From IMG/VR virus record IMGVR_UViG_3300028638_000008, positions 10,464-74,463 of that record: a DNA stretch of 64,000 nt; one strand, given 5' to 3'. This document shows positions 61,908 through 64,000 of the stretch, in pieces. Both the position numbers and the translations under genes were made by a program. Under the pieces are notes generated by a model that saw only the letters and a list, made by a program, of their open reading frames with translations, searched no databases and was not told the DNA's origin. The stretch is from a virus. Taxonomy: Duplodnaviria; Caudoviricetes. How positions within the stretch are numbered: position 1 is the stretch's first letter; each line of letters starts with the position of its first letter.

Positions 61908-63319
61908 AGTTTTTTCAAAACCTCTTTTAACTTCTTATCCGATTTGCCCTTCAATTTCTTAATTTCTTCAATTTCTCGCTGGAATGATAACAGAATATCC
62001 TCCTTTTTTGCAAGTGAATTTTCAATTCTTTCGTCGATACTATTCGTAGCCGTTATTGTCACATAATGCACATTATTTTTTTGCCCTAATCGGTGTTGCC
62101 GATCTTCCGTTTGCAATCTTTCGCCAAATTTAAAACTCTGGGTATAAAAAATGGCATAACTACTGCAAACAAGCTCATTCAATCCATGCCCGCCCGTTGC
62201 CTGTGTGCCAACAAAAAAGCGTCTATCTTTTGTAAAACGTTCGGCTTCGATTGCCCGTTCTTTTTCGCTTTTTCTGCCAGTGTATTCACTTGCACAATCA
62301 TTTCCGTATTCTTTGCGCAACATTGCTATAATGCCGTCTACATCGTGCATATACTTGGCCCAAATCACTATTTTCTGATCTTCCGGTATTTCTTCAATAA
62401 TTTCTTTTAATAGCTCAATCCGGCCATGTTCTGCCTTTATTGTTTCCTTGCCGTCTTGCCAATAACCGCTACAAATCTTCTGCAAATCAGTAAAAAGATT
62501 AAAAATAGCGGTTGAACAAATTTCTTCATAATTTGAAACTAATTCAAAAAACTCTTCTTTTCGTGCCTGATAAACCTGTTTTTGCAACGGCGTTAATGAA
62601 TAATATCTCGTCGAATGACTTTTTACCGGCAATTCTAGGCAATCTTCTTTTTTAATCTGAAAAACATACGGCTTCATTTTTTCAGCAAGTAGCGCGGTAT
62701 CATGCGCCCTACGCACAACGCCGGGATATTTTTCGCTGTATTCAAGATGATTAGCAGCAAAACTAAAAAAGCTGTTATACCCCAAAATCAACGGCGACAA
62801 AAAATACATCTGTGAAAAAATATCTTTAAACCCGTTGCTCATCGGCGTGCCGGTTAAAATCATGCGATATTTTGCTTTTTTACCACACTCTGTTATCCAT
62901 CTAGTCCGGCCTGCGTAATGGTTTTTTATATAGGTCGATTCGTCGCAAACAACCGCTGTTTTATCGTTACATAAGTCTAATGCCGCAAAAATCACCCTCT
63001 TGCTGTCGCTCATGCTTTCGATACCAATGATATAAAAATCAGCCACAGGTATTTTGCCTTGTTTCGTTTTATCATCGAAAATATAACAAGTCGCGGTTGT
63101 ATGTTGTTCAATCTGACTTGCAATCGTTCTTTTCACCGATACCGGACAAAAATATAAAACGCGTTCGATTTTATTGGCCTTTAAGCGCAACCATTCAAAA
63201 GCGGTCAGCGTCTTGCCCGTGCCCATGTCTGCAAATAACGCAGCAACTTTAACGCCTTTGAGCTTTTCAACTGCATCTTTTTGGTGCTGCATTAATTCAG
63301 TCGTTATCGCATAATTCAT
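61904..63319 (-). CDS. SNF2-family helicase/ATPase
   Basis: HQK.AV..DMGTGKT..CDES..IKN..LTGTP..Q.EDR.HRLGQ. Confidence 0.9.
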   Translation of the reverse strand: MNYAITTELMQHQKDAVEKLKGVKVAALFADMGTGKTLTAFEWLRLKANKIERVLYFCPVSVKRTIASQIEQHTTATCYIFDDKTKQGKIPVADFYIIGIESMSDSKRVIFAALDLCNDKTAVVCDESTYIKNHYAGRTRWITECGKKAKYRMILTGTPMSNGFKDIFSQMYFLSPLILGYNSFFSFAANHLEYSEKYPGVVRRAHDTALLAEKMKPYVFQIKKEDCLELPVKSHSTRYYSLTPLQKQVYQARKEEFFELVSNYEEICSTAIFNLFTDLQKICSGYWQDGKETIKAEHGRIELLKEIIEEIPEDQKIVIWAKYMHDVDGIIAMLRKEYGNDCASEYTGRKSEKERAIEAERFTKDRRFFVGTQATGGHGLNELVCSSYAIFYTQSFKFGERLQTEDRQHRLGQKNNVHYVTITATNSIDERIENSLAKKEDILLSFQREIEEIKKLKGKSDKKLKEVLKKL

Positions 63320-63620
63320 CTTGTATTTCCTGATTGTTTAAATACTTTTCTAATTCTCCGAGCCGCTTTAATAGCAATTCGCGCTCTTTTTTTGCATTTT
63401 CTCGCCGCGTTATGCTGTCGGATTTTTTCAGGCCGTTACATTCTCCAAAAAAATCAAGGCAAATTTCAACCACATGGTTTTCTTGCAAAGCCTGAAAACG
63501 CCACTGTTTGCGAGAAGAATCCCACGAGCCACCTAATTTTCTGGCGGCCTCACAAAATTTTGCATGATACGGCGACTGGCAATAACACCAATCGCCGCTT
63601 ATGGTTGTTTTGCAAATCAT
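63297..63620 (-). CDS. Hypothetical phage protein
   Basis: SPYH..F...ARKLGG.WD...QW.F. Confidence 0.6.
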   Translation of the reverse strand: MICKTTISGDWCYCQSPYHAKFCEAARKLGGSWDSSRKQWRFQALQENHVVEICLDFFGECNGLKKSDSITRRENAKKERELLLKRLGELEKYLNNQEIQDELCDND

Positions 63621-63808
63621 GCTCTCATTGTATGAGAAGGACGATTAATATACTCAATCGCGTTATCAGTGGTTTTCTGGCTATCCATTGTCATTTCTCG
63701 TTCGCCTTCTTTTGCAGTCCAAGAAATGCCGCCGTTGAAAATCATCTGACGATTACCAGTAAGGCCAAAAATGTCGCCGTAGTTTTTGCCAATTTCAAGA
63801 TTTTTCAT
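63617..63808 (-). CDS. Hypothetical protein
   Basis: ATG 63808 with RBS GAGGTG. Confidence 0.6.
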   Translation of the reverse strand: MKNLEIGKNYGDIFGLTGNRQMIFNGGISWTAKEGEREMTMDSQKTTDNAIEYINRPSHTMRA

Positions 63809-63850
63809 ATTCGCACCTCTTTTTTTTAATTTCATTCCGCTTACATATTC

Positions 63851-63879
63851 AATATAAATCATCGGTTTAAAAATTGCAA
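63851..63879 (-). promoter_or_regulatory. Early sigma70 promoter (TTGCAA-N17-TATATT)
   Basis: Repeated promoter family. Confidence 0.75.
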
Positions 63880-64000
63880 GCATTATTTTCAGAAAAAATA
63901 CCCGGCCATTGCGACCGGGCAAAAAGAGAGGATTTATGGACAAAACAGCCTAATCAAGCCGAAGCAATCTTTCTGAAGCCCTGCCGCGTCGGTCGTATTC

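Noticed and set aside
1-64000. CRISPR array, integrase or att sites, host genes
   Set aside because: No regularly spaced repeats and no tyrosine or large serine integrase were recognised; every recognisable gene is phage- or IS-like.
63950-64000. Circular closure of the window (64000 joined to 1)
   Set aside because: The frame entering at the right edge (EYDRRGRASERLLRLD*) is not in frame with the HTH gene leaving the left edge, and no terminal repeat is seen, so the genome extends beyond the window.

Overview
The whole window is tailed-phage DNA: most of a siphovirus-type (pro)phage genome with a lambda-like tail tip (M-L-K-I-J). No host genes, att site, integrase, polymerase or primase are visible, and ORFs run off both edges. 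The + strand carries packaging, head, tail and lysis genes (332-12259 and 19627-44039). The - strand carries early and accessory genes (12352-19376 and 44072-64000), driven by a family of near-identical sigma70 promoters. The most striking feature is the large terminase gene, which is split inside its Walker A motif (GRRSG|KS) by a 52-nt non-coding insert (5295-5346). The insert is a 17-bp G-U-containing hairpin with stops in all three frames, flanked by matching Gly codons (GGU/GGC). This architecture suggests programmed ribosomal bypassing or precise RNA excision. Other notable content: (1) a complete preQ0 pathway plus a DpdA/TGT-like gene (predicted 7-deazaguanine DNA modification) between terS and terL; (2) an IS607 element whose TnpB has the rearranged RuvC of the pro-Fanzor clade; (3) two fully overlapping spanin-like genes; (4) a Cys-rich, modular 2509-aa tail tip protein; (5) five glycosyltransferase-like genes; (6) an IbrA/IbrB-like pair; (7) a candidate ring-nuclease anti-CRISPR; (8) a tRNA-Leu(UAA) preceded by a promoter and about 245 nt of apparently structured RNA. 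Family assignments come from motif recognition by eye; no database searches were run.
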